DNA from: Isurus oxyrinchus
Lineage: Eukaryota
Assembly: GCA_026770705.1 (NCBI GenBank)
Contig: JANJGN010000138.1
Span: 1,054,001-1,118,000, forward strand
DNA length: 64,000 nt
Direction: 5' to 3'
Part shown: positions 48,520 through 60,818 of the stretch, piece after piece
Numbering within the stretch: the first letter of the stretch is position 1
Layout: every line of letters starts with the position of its first letter
Translations under genes and position numbers: made by a program
Notes under the pieces: generated by a model
What the model saw: the letters and a program-made list of their open reading frames with translations, nothing else
Databases searched by the model: none
Told to the model about the DNA's origin: nothing

Positions 48520-50620
48520 CTGACTGACCGCGCACCAGCTGGAACATTGGAACTACCGTATTTGTAAATTGAAAGCTCCAGGTTACCGGCGAGCTGGAAG
48601 GGAATGAGTTTTCCCCAGAGCTGCCTCATTGTTCCGATCTTCACAAAGCTGCTCAGCAACTTCAACGCTCCCCTTCTGAATGTTGAAAATATTCCGCTGA
48701 AAGCAAACCTCAAGCTGAAAAACCTCTCGTCATTAGCAGGCTGACATCTTATCCAATCACCCTTTTTCTATTTATTTCATGAGATATGGATATGTCTACA
48801 CGACCAGTATAAGTTGCTCATCCGAAATTGCCTTGAGAAGGATTGCTACATTGACACAGTGAAAGCACTTCAAACATTGAAGTAAAATTAGTTTTGAGAT
48901 GTTGCCCTGTCCTCTGGTTGATGCAAGTGAAGCTTGCAATTGGAACTGAATTGCGAATGAGAAGTAAGACGGTCACAGTGTTTACGAATTATGACGGGTT
49001 CTTTAGCAAGAAATGACCGAGAGCCTGTTGAATTTTAAATTTGGTAGTAAAGGTCGGGGAAGTTGCAAGAGCAGGAAACTGAAATATATTTCCACCTGGC
49101 TCTCAGTAAGCGGCTTTAGGCAATTAGAGCAAGTTGCGGAACCAGTAAATGAGATAACAAATAACAGGCCGATTGCCCTTGGTGATTTACAAATCCATCC
49201 CTGGAACAGTCATACAGAAAAGCTACTAAACCGTGGGGAGAGCTCACAGTTATTTTGCGTTGGGTTTACCCTCTGTTGGGTGCCTTCGTGGCTACATTGT
49301 CAGACAGAGATTGGAATTACGACAAGTTAGACGGGAAAACATTGGTTTCTCAGCGACCTAGTTTATCCGTTGCTTACACGTAGCTCAGCAATGAAGTAGA
49401 CGTTGCGCAGTTCAGTATTTTACTTCGTTCCGGTCATATTTGAGAACAATTAACAACAAATTAGGAGTATATTGTGCTGCTTTTTAAAAAGACATCTCGA
49501 AGCAGCAAATGCCTTTTTGGCCTGGCCAGTATCTGACTAACTATTGAGAAATTTGGTAACTTTGCTGACAGATGCAGTATTTGCGTGAAATTGTTGCGAA
49601 GCGAGTTATTGTTGTCGTGCAGAGGGCTGTGAATAATTCCTTCGAAGTCGAATAAAACTCGTTGGCCCGTACGGGGATCGAACCCGCGACCTTGGCGTTA
49701 TTAGCACCACGCTCTAACCAGCTGAGCTAACCGGCCAGCTGAAGCATTCCACTATAGTATCTGGTTTTCAAATTCAACTGGCAGTGAGTGGAGGATTCAG
49801 CATTATTCCTTGCTGATTGATTGTGCACAGTCTGGAACTCCTGTTTGTCCAGTTGAAACTTCATGTAACCAGCGAGCTGTGAGTGTATGTTTCTCCCAGA
49901 GCTGCTGAATGATCCGACCCTCAAAAAGCTGTTCAGCCAGATAACTTCTCCTTCTTGTCAATGATGAAAATAATCTGTCCAAAGCAAACCTTCGGCTGCA
50001 AAATCTCCCGTCATCAATAGGCTGATATCTATGCAATCTCTTTTCTATTTATTTCTTGGGATGATGGGCATGTCGCGCATGACCAGTGCAAGTTGTTCAT
50101 TCACAACTGCCTTAAGAACGATGCTAAATTTAATAAGAATAACCACTTCAAATACTGAAGTAAAAATAGCGTCGAAATGTTGCCGTATCTCCAGGATTTT
50201 GGAATTGAAGCTTGTGGATTTCATGGTAAATGCAAGACGGAGGCTTAAACGAGAAATTACCGAATGCCTGTTGAAATTTGCATTTGATGCTATCATTCAG
50301 GGGAGTTGCAATGTCAGGGAACTGAAATATATTTCCGCCTGGCCCTTAATCGATGACTTAAGGCGATCAGAGCAAATTGGGAAAGTGGTATGTAACAGGC
50401 CAACGGCCCCTGTGATTGATGTATTTACCTGATTAACAGTTATGCAACAGCGCCGCTTCCCAAGTCCCAGAGCAACATTGTGGGGGGAGCTCACTCTTGT
50501 TTTGACTCGCGTTTACCCTCTTCTGGCTGCCTTCATAACGAAGCGTTCGAGATTGGTTGGAATAAGACCGGAGCGGCATTGATTTCTGAGCCCAGGTTGT
50601 TATGTGTCACCAATGGGCAG
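48520..50620. repeat. Tandem ~1.28 kb duplication around tRNA-Ile
   Basis: 48589 gcgagctggaagggaatgagttttccccagagctgc vs 49872 gcgagctgtgagtgtatgtttctcccagagctgc; 49073 ggaaactgaaatatatttccacctggc vs 50317 gggaactgaaatatatttccgcctggc. Confidence 0.8.
49663..49736 (-). tRNA. tRNA-Ile(AAT)
   Basis: Minus strand GGCCGGTTAGCTCAGCTGGTTAGAGCGTGGTGCTAATAACGCCAAGGTCGCGGGTTCGATCCCCGTACGGGCCA; canonical cloverleaf; TTTT terminator downstream. Confidence 0.96.
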
Positions 50621-51040
50621 TTAAAATGCAAAATTTTCCAATCCGCTGCACTGTTTTGCTGCAAACATCACTGGGAATTGTTTATCATGCTGTATGACAG
50701 AGCGAACGGAGAACTTACATTTTAAAGAGAGCCCGAGCACCGAGGTGAATCCTGAAAACATCAGCGTTCGGGCTGTTTGGGTGATGGATTTGTACGAACC
50801 AGATTTCTCTCCTGAAAAAAAGCCACATGCATATTTAGCCGTGCTCTTCATGGCACGTATTAGCTATTTGGCAAAATATATAGGGGGAATCTCCATGAAG
50901 TTGTCAAGCAACGAGAACAGTGGTTGTGTTTGATAGTGAGGAGGTTTGAAAGCAGGAAGTTATCAATTGACTGGTTAGATGGTCAGAAAAGTGCCAAATG
51001 GAATTCAAACCGGGGGAGAGCGACGTAATAAAGCTGGGAA

Positions 51041-51954
51041 AACCCTTTCGTGTACAAACTCGTTTCCATCTGTTTCAGATGAAGTTACATTGTTTCATAA
51101 TTTGCCATTGTGAGACATGAACTCTTGATAATCTTTTAAATGAAACCAATTGAACTTAATCAACAAAATTGGGATAAATCAGGCACAGCTCCTAATTCAG
51201 GTCAGCTGTAAAACCAAGGACAAAATTTAAAGGAACCTTACAAACTTTAAATCAAAATGTGATTAAAGGGCTCAACAAAACACCCCAGTCCCCGCGGTGC
51301 CCACTGAACATGGAAGGCCTCGAGCGTGTCAGCAGACACCGCGTGCTCCCTCTCCAGGGACATCCGGCAGCGAACGTAGCCGCGGAAGAGGGACAAACAA
51401 TCGGGCGGGACTCCCCCGTCGATTGCCCGCTGCCTGGACCTGTTAATGGCCAACTTGGCCAGGCCCAGGAGCAGTTTCACGAGGAGATCCTCCTCCTTCC
51501 CGACCCCCTTCCGCACCGGGTGCCCATAGATCAGGAGCATGGGGCTGAAGTGCAAACAAAACATCAATAAAAGGTTTTTCAAATAACTAAAAAGGGAGTG
51601 CAGCCTACAACACCCTATATATGCATGGTCCATCGACTCCACAAGACCGCAAAAAGCGAACGTGTCCTGAAAGTCCGTGAACCTATGCATCCTCTTATTA
51701 TACGGGAAAGTTACATGCTTTCATAATTTGCCATGGTGAGATTTGAACTCTTGATCTTGGGGTTACAAGCCCAGTACCACAAGCACATGGATATATAGGC
51801 CAAATCTAAAAGGCAGATGTAACTCTTTCGAGTACAAACACATGTCCATCTGTTCCTATTCAGATGAAGTTACATTGTTTCAAAGTTTACCATTGTGAGA
51901 GTTGAATTCTTGAGGTTACAAACCCAGTACCATAACCACATGGCTATTTAGACC
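51041..51954 (-). mobile_element. Dimeric tRNA-derived (Thr-TGT-like) element flanked by a ~14-bp TSD
   Basis: Two ~150-bp units GG(T/C)CTAAATAGCCATGTGGTTATGGTACTGGGTTTGTAACCCCAAGATCAAGAGTTCAAATCTCAC...; flanks aataaagctgggaa (51027-51040) and aataaagctgagga (51955-51968). Confidence 0.75.
51130..51707 (-). mobile_element. Tx1-clade non-LTR retrotransposon, 5'-truncated (ORF2 C-terminus + 3' UTR)
   Basis: FCGLVESMDHAYIGC zinc-knuckle relic, LHFSPMLLIYGHPV...DLLVKLLLGLAKLAINRSR...FRGYVRCRMSLEREHAVSADTLEAFHVQWAP, typical of Tx1 ORF2; 48-bp direct repeats at 51082-51129 and 51708-51755. Confidence 0.9.
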
Positions 51955-52681
51955 AATAAAGCTGAGGAGATCAAACAAGTCGAAGGGAATACACAATAAA
52001 TGACGAGAGTATTGGGAGGTATAGAGGAAGTAATGGACATTGGATCGAATCTCTACAGATTCCCGAATGTTACTTGAAAGGCCAATGAGTTGTTTAAGAA
52101 GTCAAGTAGAAACATTTCGCTTATTCGACGAAGCATAACACATACTAACAGGGAGGTTATGGAGGTACTTTATCAATTCTTAGTTAGGCCACAATTTGAG
52201 TACTGTGTGCATTCCTGGTCACCTCATGGAAATTACCAAATTACAAATCGAGGGTGGAGGTCCGGCATGATGAATGTGGATATCCTGCGGTATCTGTTGC
52301 TAAAAATGGGAGCCAACGTTAGACAAAACTCATCATCCCAGATTGAGCAGTGACCCTCATCAATATTCCACAACCCGTGCTCTGACCGGAGGGATATATT
52401 AACTTTTAACGGATCCACACAATTTAATTTTGAAGCCCGCTGAACTGAACAACACAGCAGAATCTTCTATGTATCTGTTGCATTTCACAAAATAACAATC
52501 CACACCCCTCCTCTTGCCAATGTGCTTGAAAGGAGTGTTATATGTCAACATTTAAAACCAAGCTTCACATGGAGCTACTTAGGAAAATGACGAACTGTCT
52601 GACCAAATAGGTAGATTTGAACGAGTGTTTGAAAGAAGAGAGCGTTAAAGGGGCTCAGAGCTTAAGGGACGGAATCCCTGA

Positions 52682-53390
52682 TGTCACAAACGTACCATAA
52701 TTCTCATCACATTATTGTGATTTATTGTAAAAGTTGGTAATAGTGGGATTTGATTAGTTTCTCTGAGTGTGTGGGGGATGTAATTGAATTGGAGACAGCT
52801 TGTCTGGAGGCTTGAACTCATCAATGAAGCTAGGTTTTAAATGCTAAATGGGAAAACATGGCTGACGTCTTAGAATGTGAGCTGAGCAGAATTTGCAGTT
52901 AAATCACAATGGTTTAAATTTCAATGAGAAAGTTGGATGTTACACCTAGCCAGAGAAGGCAACCAATCAGCATGTTTATTTTTTCCCAAAGGTTCCAGAA
53001 AATATTAGCACTATGATTAGCAATATGATTCATATTATGAGAAAGGTAAAGTTCCAAACACACATGGGAACAATGGGACTCACATTAAAAAGTACAAACA
53101 TGTATAAAGGAGAACGATGACAGGGAAGGCATTCTAAGGTCGACTGGAAGTGTAAACAGCCTTCAGTATTTGTGCATTAAGCCTGCTGTCTACACAGACC
53201 GAAGCTTGGAATTGCCACTTTGAATACTTCTGCCCAGGGTATTGTGTCGACTTGCTAGGGTTTAAATATATTTATTTTTACTATTTACCAAACGGGAGAG
53301 TATGGGGAAGCGAAGTTAATTAAGGGTTTTAAGAGTTAATATAGCAGGAATTTGTAGACCTATGTTGTGCTTGAAATCCTCTTACATGTG
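52682..53390 (+). mobile_element. LTR-like element related to 4592-5528
   Basis: Starts TGTCACAAAC; shares aatgctaa..aaacatg, atgtttattttt and agttccaaa blocks; 3' boundary uncertain. Confidence 0.45.
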
Positions 53391-54772
53391 TTACATGTTC
53401 GGTACAAAACATCAGACAATTACCTGGAACCGTTCGTTCATCACCTTCACGTGTTCAGCTATTTTCTAATCTCCCCGTCAACGCAGAAATTAAAGCCGTG
53501 ATTCATCAAATCTTGCAGCTCAGAAGGAGGCCTGTCAGCCAATCTACTCCGTGCCTGTTCTTGGAAAGAGCTGTCAATTTTGTCCACAATCAAGTTTCCA
53601 AGTCACCCTGTAAATTAGTTATTTTTAAATTCAGATTGAATCTCATTCCACTGACCTTTCTGATAATAAATCAATGCAGCATGGTTAATGGGAATATTTT
53701 TTTAAAAAATCCTGGAAATCCTCAGCGGTCGGGGACACCAGTGGAGGTATCAGAGTGAAATGTGCAGGTCGATGACTTATCATCAGAAATGAAGAAAGAT
53801 AGAAATATACCAAGTATTAAAATCGTGGAGAGCAGGAAAGGGCAGGAGGTACAAAGGCGAATGTCTGTGATGGTGGAGGGAAGGGGAGAACATGTTTCTT
53901 GATGCAACATCCAATGAGAGTTGTAATGGTTATGGTGAAGAATCAAAACGTTTGTCCAGATGGGGTTGTGATTGGTTGCATAGCAACCGCCCAAATGTAA
54001 TATGAAGGGGCAAAGATAGAAACGTGATGAAACAAAACCTGTTAAACCCAGTAAGAAATAACATGGAGGCAGATGTTATGAAGGTTACATCAACATAACA
54101 ATGTCGGAAAAAAAATTGCGTTTATGTGCCGATATTAAGAAGCCTGAATGGACAAACATTACACTTAGAGGTGTTTACTTAAGGAAGCACTTTGCTTTAT
54201 TACAGGTTTAGCAGACCAAGGGAGGAGATTCACTGGTTTATGTTACTGCACGTTATGCAAGAAAGAGTGGGTAGGGTTAAATGGTGGATCGTTTTAATGA
54301 TGGTCTGGGGTTGGCAGATACATTTACTTCCCTAAACTTAGTGATTCACACAATTTAAACATTATTCCGAATGAGCTGTATTGCTTTCAAGGGAATAGTA
54401 TCACACTTTGCCCAAACAAACACCATAATAAATGGATTACATGTTCGAGAAATCCATCTCTGTGCCTTTGGAGCTTCCGTTTTCAATTTCTGCAACATAA
54501 TAGCTCCCTGAATTAAATACACCCTTCAAGGCTTTGAAGGTCCATTGCACAGACCAGGATAACAATTGTTACGTCACACTCCACTGGTTAAAATGAATGG
54601 TTGATGCAAGTTGGAAGATTTGTGAAATGAAGCCAAAGGGAGGCTGCCGGTCTGTCTGTGAGGGAAATGCGCTGCAGGCAGAGATTACCAAAGAAAGAAA
54701 TGGGAAAAATATAAACGCTGTGAAGGCACTTGTTAGACAGTGAAGGCAGCGATGGGAAACATGTTCAATACA

Positions 54773-54845
54773 GACCGGACAGTCGTGTCGGTAGAGCATC
54801 AGGCATTTATTCTGAAGGCCCATTGCTCCAGACCAAGTCCAAGTG
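54773..54845 (+). pseudogene. tRNA-Lys(TTT) pseudogene
   Basis: GACCGGACAGTCGTGTCGGTAGAGCATCAGGCATTTATTCTGAAGGCCCA...; T arm degenerate. Confidence 0.72.
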
Positions 54846-54904
54846 CAGCCTTTTGGGTCAAAGGGCGTAGTCCCAGTGAAATGACAGTTTAAAAAAGCAA
54901 GGAC

Positions 54905-55238
54905 CATAAGACATAGGAGCAGAAACTAGGCCAATCAGCCCATCGAGTCTGCTCCACCATTCAATCATGACTGATAAGTTTCTCAACCCCATGCTCCCGC
55001 CTTCTCCACGTAAGCTTTGATCCCCTTACCAATCAAGAACCTATCTATCTCGGTCTTAAATACACTCAATGACCTGGCCTCCATTGCCTTCTCTAGCAAT
55101 GAATTCCATTGATTCACCGCTCTCTGGCTAAAGAAGTTTCTCCTCATTTCGCTTCTAAAAGGTCTTCCCTTTACTCTGAGGCTGTGCCCTCGGGCCCTAG
55201 TCTCCCCTCCTAATGGAAACATCTTCCCCAAGCCCACT
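54905..55238 (-). mobile_element. Well-preserved CR1 3' end
   Basis: GKMFPLGGETRARGHSLRVKGRPFRSEMRRNFFSQRAVNQWNSL...FKTEIDRFL; tail ctgctcctatgtcttatg. Confidence 0.92.
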
Positions 55239-58200
55239 CAAAGAATGCTGACTTTTTCAAGAGAACAGAAGAGATTGATATGTTTAATCGGTTTGCAAAA
55301 AATATAGATTTTTTTCTCGAAATTTCAGCATCCACGATCATTTTTAGGAAATATTTCTAGATTCCCAGCTGCTTTAAGTGTGATAAATTCTTCTGGACTT
55401 TTCCCTTGGTGGGCCGAGACACTGGCGCTGTGAATCCGTGCCAGCGTTATGTGCTGATTCAACTCCATTCGTCCCGCCGGCATGTGCAGTTTCTCCCAAT
55501 TTAATCTGACACTAGGTTCTAACAGGGTAGAAACCCCGATCAGACCACCCTTCTCAAGAGATCAGAAACAGGTAGCATCTCTGAAAAGGGGGGAGAAAAG
55601 ATGCAGAGAACGACACTAGGTGAATGTTTCCTTCAGCGAGCCAGCAAAGACAGGACGGGCACCTTCTCTGCTTTACCCTTCCTGTAATTATATAAATCTA
55701 AGAAATCAGAGCTGAACTCCTAAAGTGACCAACTAAACTCCGGAATCATCATTGCTTCCAATCCAGTGCCAATGTAATGCTGGTGATTTGAGCAGCGCCT
55801 GTAAGAATATGAGAAATAGAGGCAGATGTATTATGTGTTTCACGGCTTCACAAAAATTCACGAACTTTCAGGCTGATCTGCTGCCTCAATTGTACCAACC
55901 TGAGAATTCTCAATTCGCATCGTCAAACAGCGCAATCACTTATAAAGAATTCCTAATACGTTTGCGATCCCAGAAGTGGTGTACAATCATGTTTACAGCA
56001 AAATGATGCTATGTAATTCACGACATTGCATTACAAAACTCCTTTGTACTTTTCATGCCTGTTGCATAGATCCGTGTAGCAGCAAATTTAAGGCAGTTGT
56101 GTAAATATCTATTGGAATGAGTGGTACTTCGGATATGACAGCCTGGAAGTTGAGATGTTAAAATTATTGTTTGTACATGTGCACTGGCGGATAGTGAGCG
56201 GTGCACCTGAAAACCCAAATCTTTTTGCATCAATTTGTTCCCCTGTTTCTCACCACCTAGGAAATACGCCCATTGCTCATTTGGTGCCTGAAATATCTGC
56301 TCTTTGTGTACTCCCCACACCCTTAATGACTGGCTCTGCATCGACTGTTCAGCTGGAGGCACTGAAATCATGTACTTTACAAGCGTCGTCCAAAAGGGTA
56401 CGTCACAGCCCAGAAATTTGTCGGCGACAAATAATTCACTGACTCAGAAACTAATGCTTTCCCCGTATAACGTTTTTGAATTAAATTTAATTCGGTTTCA
56501 CTTCTTATAAAGAACACTCAGCACAGCGCAAATACTAGAGAAAAGCAGGGAGAACTCTCCACAGTGTTGTCTTCTCTTCTGTCAAGCGTTTCTGCAAGCG
56601 ACTGTCCCTGAGATCAACGCATGCATGACGACTATGGTTGGATTCTTTTTCCTGCACGTTAGTTGTTACTATATTTGCTATAAACACAACAAATCTCTGA
56701 CTGAAAGCCAGGTAGAAAGATCATCCAGTTCCCTCACCTTGTAACTCCGCCGAATGCTGGGAGTGAATTGAAAATCCAACGCACAGTCGGTGGACCCACT
56801 TGATTTTGCGCTGAATCACCTGTCACTAATTTAACTAACGTCCCGACATGCGGTGCCAACTTCAATGGTTGGTGCAGCCATTTCTCCAGCCCCCTCAGCT
56901 CCTGTATCTCATTTAGCATTGACTAGTATAGCTTATATCACCTTTCCTCACTCTACCTGAAAAAATGTACAACTTCACTATTCTCCGCATTAAATATCAC
57001 TTCATGGCATCTGTTCCATCAGCCTACCTGTGTCCTCTGGAAGTTTATTATTATCCTCCTCTGAATTTTACAACACTTCTGTGTTTTGCGTCATCCACAC
57101 ATATTGAATTGGTGTCCTCCACGTTGACGCCTCGGTCCTATGTTGAAGAAAAAACAGCATCAATGGCACTGCTGATGGCTGGAGAATCCCATTATATAGC
57201 AATTCACCGCGGCTCTTTGTTTCCTCCTGTTCAGCTGACTTTGTACCTATGCTCCACTGACAGTCTTCTTCCCAAAACAATCAAGCTAACTGAATGCAAT
57301 CTGCTTTTAACACATTCAGGCATGTTTTCCGTAAAGAATCCGCTCTTATCCATGTGGTAATACATTTTGTCTCTGGATATCGTTTCCAAAAGCTCTTCCA
57401 CCACTTGAGTTTAAATTGGTGCGTGTGTGGTTTACAAAATGATAATTAGTTAAATTTTGTGAAGAATGGTATAACATTTGCAATTCTAAAATTCTCTAGC
57501 ATCGTCCGTTATAACTAAGCAGGATTGGAAATTTGCGGCCCACTACCCTCCACAATTTCCAAACTTTCTTTCCTCAACACCCTGCCTCTGAACTAATCCA
57601 GGTGAATTATCAACATTTAAGTAAAGCCAGGTTTCTAATGCCTCCCCTGTCTACAATTGTCGTCCATCCAATTTCACAACTACCTCGAGTTTCATTCTGC
57701 CTTTGGCCGTGTTTTTCTTTCTTGGCAAACACGGTATAATCATCTGGTTCCAGGCGTGAAATTCCGTTTTAGTCCCTATTCGGCCCGTTCCTGTTTTCGT
57801 AACCTTTTATATTTATATCCATATAGTAAAAAAAAATCATCTGCTAGTCTATTCTCCCATTCACCCTTTACCTCTGAAATCTCGTAAGGCTTCGTAAATG
57901 TACCCGTAATATCGTTTTTTTTTTAAGTGTGTGCGACGGATAACAGGAAAAGAAAATGGCAGAGAAAGCGGAGAAAAACATCTGTTTTTACAAAATTAGT
58001 GGTTGATTGAGATGTCTTTAAAATCTTGTTTTTTTTTTCTGGAAAAAAGTCTCAAATCCCTTGAGACGTTCGTAGATTGATCCATGGTGCCCCTCTTTGT
58101 GTAAGTGCATGCAGTGGATAAAGACAGAGAGGAAAAGAAAATGTTATATCGTGCACGACTTCTGACCTGACCACAAAGCAGTTATCAATCACGTAATATG

Positions 58201-58381
58201 GCAAACCCACTGGTGCATTGGGATGAACTGAAAAGGGTGCGATACATAAGCATACCGGTGCACGTTATTTTCAAAGGGAATTTCGATCCTGTTATGCTTC
58301 TTTATGTTCACATTCATTCTATATGCTTCCTCACGACCTGAAAATGTTCAGCTCTTTGCCTGATTAATTTTAAGTAAATAA

Positions 58382-58456
58382 CAGCACCATTCAAATCTGA
58401 ACTCAGGATCGTCTGCATGACTATATGTAAGACATGACCCAGTCTACCTCACTGCT
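58382..58456 (-). pseudogene. tRNA-Thr relic (paralog of 568-642)
   Basis: gcaccattcaaatctgaactcaggatcgtctgcatgacta at the paralogous position; very degenerate. Confidence 0.5.
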
Positions 58457-59328
58457 AAGTCCCAAACAGCTATGTTTTGAACCGTATTTCACTATTTTGC
58501 TGTAAGTTCATTGAGAATTCTTCATCTGTTACGGGGCTGTAGGGCAGCACGAAATAAGAATTTTGAGGAAGGAGCAATTGAGGTGGACATTCAACCAAGA
58601 AGTTCTGCACAGTTTGTGAAGCCGTGAGACACATGACACACCTGTCCCGATTTCTCATGTTGTTGCAGACACTGCTCAGAAGATACATCAGGATTATGCT
58701 AAGCTAGGAAAGGAAGGAGCACTCTTTGACCAGTGGGCTCTGGAGTTCAGCAGGTTACATCTGGAGTTAAATTTCATCATCCATGATTCGTATTAGCATA
58801 CAATGGGGTCAGCCGATAAATAGGCTATTTGGAACATCCTGTCAGTGCTGGCTCGTTGAAGGAGAAATTCGCCTCAATCAATCCACCGGCCATCTCCACG
58901 ATCCTTACAAAATCTTTAGTTTTATTTTCAGGGATTAACTGTTTTTTCTATTCTCATCATTATAGAAGAATGATCTGATCGAGGCTTCTAACCTGTTAAA
59001 GTGAATTGTTAGTTTAAACACGGAGAAGCCATTTCACCCGGCAGGAAGAATGGGGTTGAATGTTGACTTTTTGTTTTGGTCACAGTTCCACAGCGCAGGT
59101 GCCAGCCAAGCAAGAGGAATGTCAGGAAGCACTCTTCACACAAGGAGTACCTGGAAACCCAGGAAGAATTTAAATTGATCGAGGCTACCACAATTGCAAG
59201 AGAGTGGATCCTTTGTTGGAAATCAAAGTAACGCTGCCAGTTCCTCAGCTCCCCGTGAAGAATTCAGCGTCCAAGGCTGTTTCATTTGGTCGTTTCACCG
59301 GGCGTGAACATCTTAAGCCGAAAGTGAA

Positions 59329-59401
59329 CAGCCAGACATGGACTTATCACTTGAACGCTCAGATTAAAATTCTGGTGCCCTAACGAAAGAGCTGCCCAGT
59401 G
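59329..59401 (-). pseudogene. tRNA-Lys(TTT) pseudogene retaining the anticodon arm
   Basis: Minus strand ...GCACCAGAATTTTAATCTGAGCGTTCAAG...AAGTCCATGTCTGGCTG; paralog of 1561-1621. Confidence 0.7.
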
Positions 59402-60046
59402 AGAGCAGCCATCACTACTTAAAAAGAGGCGCCACAAGCTTTTTATGCATTCCCTTGTGAGGTGACTCATCTTCTGCAGCTCCTTCCTCCTCTCAAGCAG
59501 ACCAGCAGACTCCCTTTGGCTTCATTTTACAATTATTCTAATTTGCACCAACTACTCACTCCTGACACATGGCGTGTGACCTCGCAACTGTTGTTAGCAG
59601 TTATCTGCACTGGGCATTTAAAGCTTTGAAGATTGCATTAGTTTCGGGAAGATATAATAGGAGTCGGAAGCTACAAAATGAATAAACAATTTCTAATGGT
59701 GTTTGTAGTGGGAACGTGTGATGACATCACATTGAAATTTAAAAAGCTTCTAAATAGTCCAAATCATAAATTGTAGGGATGGAAATATATCTGCCAGCCC
59801 AAGGATTTCATCAAAAAAGCACCAACATTTATCTCTCTCCGTTCGTTCCTTCCTAAAGCGCAGTAACATAAATCATTCAAACTTTGCCCACAGTTATAAC
59901 CGGCAATATTTTGAAATGTTCCTCCCTCATGACTTCCCAAGGAAACAATGATCCTATCTGGCTTCATTATATAGTCGCCTAATTATCAATGCTGCCTCTG
60001 GACGTCAATGTTTTTATTTAAAGCCATGCATCGACTAAATCGATAA

Positions 60047-60120
60047 AGACGCATCTGAGAATTAAAAGCAGAATCGCTTTTTCATTAAACAAGCGCTTTA
60101 ACCATCTAAGTCACAACGCC
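60047..60120 (-). pseudogene. tRNA-Thr pseudogene (paralog of 2323-2396)
   Basis: Minus strand GGCGTTGTGACTTAGATGGTTAAAGCGCTTGTTTAATG... Confidence 0.7.
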
Positions 60121-60659
60121 AACACGGACTAGAGCTTTGCAATGTAAACTTCCAAATTGTATCCCACTACTTTGCTGCAAACATTATTGTTCATCTATTA
60201 TTGGGCTGTATGAAAGTCCGAATTGAGAACGTTCATCTGCAAAGGGCTTTCAAAGCTTTGAAGATTCGATTTCTTTCGGTGAGATATTAAGTCACATAAA
60301 TTCCAGTGAGAGGTACAAAGGGAGAGGGATTGATTTTGCGAATTGGGAAACTGCTTCACATAGTGCCTGTTGTGGAAATGTGAAGTCCTGGCAGGTCCCG
60401 CAGATGCTGTTGCTGTATTGTAGGTCAGATAGCAGACTCACCCTCCATTAATTGAAGATCAACCTCATTTCTGGAGTCAAACACAGATCACTGGTTCTAG
60501 GTCTTTCCTTCCGACCATGGATTGGTCAAAATGTGACTCCAGACACAGAGCTCTAAACTGTCCCCCTGAATTGGTCTAGCAAAGCACTGGGTCTTATTAA
60601 AATCGCAGTTGCAAAGAGCAATTAGGGTGTGGGGAAATGCTGGTCTCAGCAGTCACAGA

Positions 60660-60709
60660 TCACAGCCCTTCCCTTTGTCCATTTTGTGGCTCTGAAAAGA
60701 GCCGTTGTT
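60660..60709 (-). promoter_or_regulatory. Replication-dependent histone 3' stem-loop plus histone downstream element
   Basis: Minus strand AACAAC-GGCTCTTTTCAGAGCC-ACAAA (stem-loop 60688-60703) then purine-rich AAAGGGAAGGGCTGTG. Confidence 0.9.
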
Positions 60710-60731
60710 AGATATAGTGCTGAAACCAGTT

Positions 60732-60818
60732 TTAGGGTCGCTCCCTGCGGATGCGGCGGCACAGCTGGATATCTTTTGGCAAGATGGTGGCACGCTTTAA
60801 GCGGATGGAGCACAGGTT
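60732..60818 (-). pseudogene. Histone H3 C-terminal fragment
   Basis: NLCSIRLKRATILPKDIQLCRRIRRERP*, in frame, followed by the stem-loop. Confidence 0.88.

Larger units (their letters stand above)
50860..52230 (+). mobile_element. CR1 LINE fragment hosting nested insertions
   Basis: tggtcagaaaagtgccaaatggaattcaa before 51027; resumes at 51955 through LVRPQFEYCVHSWSPH. Confidence 0.8.
54350..56000 (-). repeat. Inverted copy of the ~730-2040 module
   Basis: 54621 tgtgaaatgaagccaaagggaggctgccggtctgtctgtgagggaaatgc is the near reverse complement of ~1719-1769. Confidence 0.8.

Noticed and set aside
56734-56919. MLNEIQELRG as a shark NLR N-terminal exon
   Set aside because: Only a few residues resemble the motif; no NACHT or LRR sequence is nearby.
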